Source: Octopus vulgaris
Taxonomy: Eukaryota
Direction: 5' to 3'
Assembly: GCA_951406725.2 (NCBI GenBank)
Contig: OX597833.1
Location: 34,286,001-34,350,000 of the forward strand
Length of the DNA stretch: 64,000 nt
Below are positions 63,043-64,000 of the stretch, piece after piece. The translations under genes and the position numbers were made by a program. Position 1 is the first letter of the stretch, and each line of letters opens with the position of its first letter. Under the pieces are notes generated by a model. It worked only from the letters and a program-made list of their open reading frames with translations, searched no databases and was not told the origin of the DNA.

Positions 63043-64000
63043 TCAATCATAAAACTATCACTGCCAAAATCCATATCTGATCTCTCTTTTACCTGGTTCT
63101 TCCTTGCCTTTTCTTTACCTCTTGACTAGTCCTTAATGTTATTGCACCCCCTCCTCTTCACACTACCACTTTCTTCATTACTTACCAAAATTCTTTCTAT
63201 GTTGGCAACAACACTAAAGGAGTTTCAACAGAGTTACATGATCTGTTATAAATTACTTGATCTTTCTTAAATGACTCCCCATTGTCCTGAAATATTCCCC
63301 TTTGGTATGTGTGTGTGTATATATATATCATCATCATTATTGTTTAATGTCCATTTTCTATGCTGGTATGGGCTGGATATATATATATATATATAATATA
63401 AAGTAACAAACTGAGGAAAAGAAATCCTTCAAGGGGGTGATGTTAAACATCCAATTCACTGGCATGTCAGTTATATACCAAACAAATATTGGTATAATTC
63501 AATTATAAAGATAAATTAAATATAGAGATATACTATTGACAATCCAATAATTTATATTAAATACTATGAATATAACAAAATATTATATAGCATAAATAAT
63601 AATTATTATTGTCATCTATTCATTCATTTATCTAATTTTGTCACAGTTTGGCTGACCGAAAACTCTTGGTTATAGCTCTTGTTAAGAATTCAAATGCCTA
63701 ATTCTATCTCATTAATATCAATATTCTCTCACACCAGCAGCCTGAGTTTTGCTATTTCACAGTGTGCCCGCTCTTCCCACCCCACTCCACCACTTGTACC
63801 AGAAGTCTCTACCCTCTGACCTCTATCGGATGTCTCTCCCATGAACACCTCCAAAGGCTTAATGTTTCCCCATCCTTATTTAGAGTTTATCTCCTATGTA
63901 ATGTAGTGATTATGTAGTGCATAAAAAATGATGATGTAGTGTATGCAGGTTGAAGGCTATTATATGTTATGAGTTCTGCCAAATGCAAGCTCTCTTTTCA

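Noticed and set aside
63635-63695. Very degenerate hammerhead-like trace on minus
   Set aside because: Too many core changes to distinguish from chance

Overview
Eukaryotic, AT-rich, microsatellite- and transposon-dense DNA. The SINE families, RTE LINEs and (TA)n/(CA)n load suggest a cephalopod (octopus-like) genome, but this is inference. Two host genes are supported, both on +: a single-exon-CDS 1236-aa C2H2 zinc-finger protein (7948-11658) whose long N/Q/S-rich linker carries about 10 copies of an unrecognised [LV]-N-C-D-L-T-x-x-[DN]-[LI] motif plus SIM-like motifs, and the first coding exon of a Na+/K+-ATPase beta subunit (56250-56669), preceded by a CACCTG E-box cluster. Most of the rest is TE relics: RTE, CR1 and R4-like LINEs, Penelope-like GIY-YIG fragments, Gypsy pol and a solo LTR, Tc1 (one DD37E/TRT-like), mariners, hAT/hATm, four Helitrons, MITEs and SINEs. 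The most striking item is a non-coding ~500-bp tandem unit at 23449-25100, arranged as two divergent partial tandem arrays between (TA)n tracts. It carries three copies of a type I hammerhead ribozyme, two with intact cores, i.e. a candidate metazoan retrozyme/circRNA system. Further minimal hammerhead relics are scattered in the window. Coordinates were read by eye and TE boundaries are approximate unless termini or TSDs are quoted.
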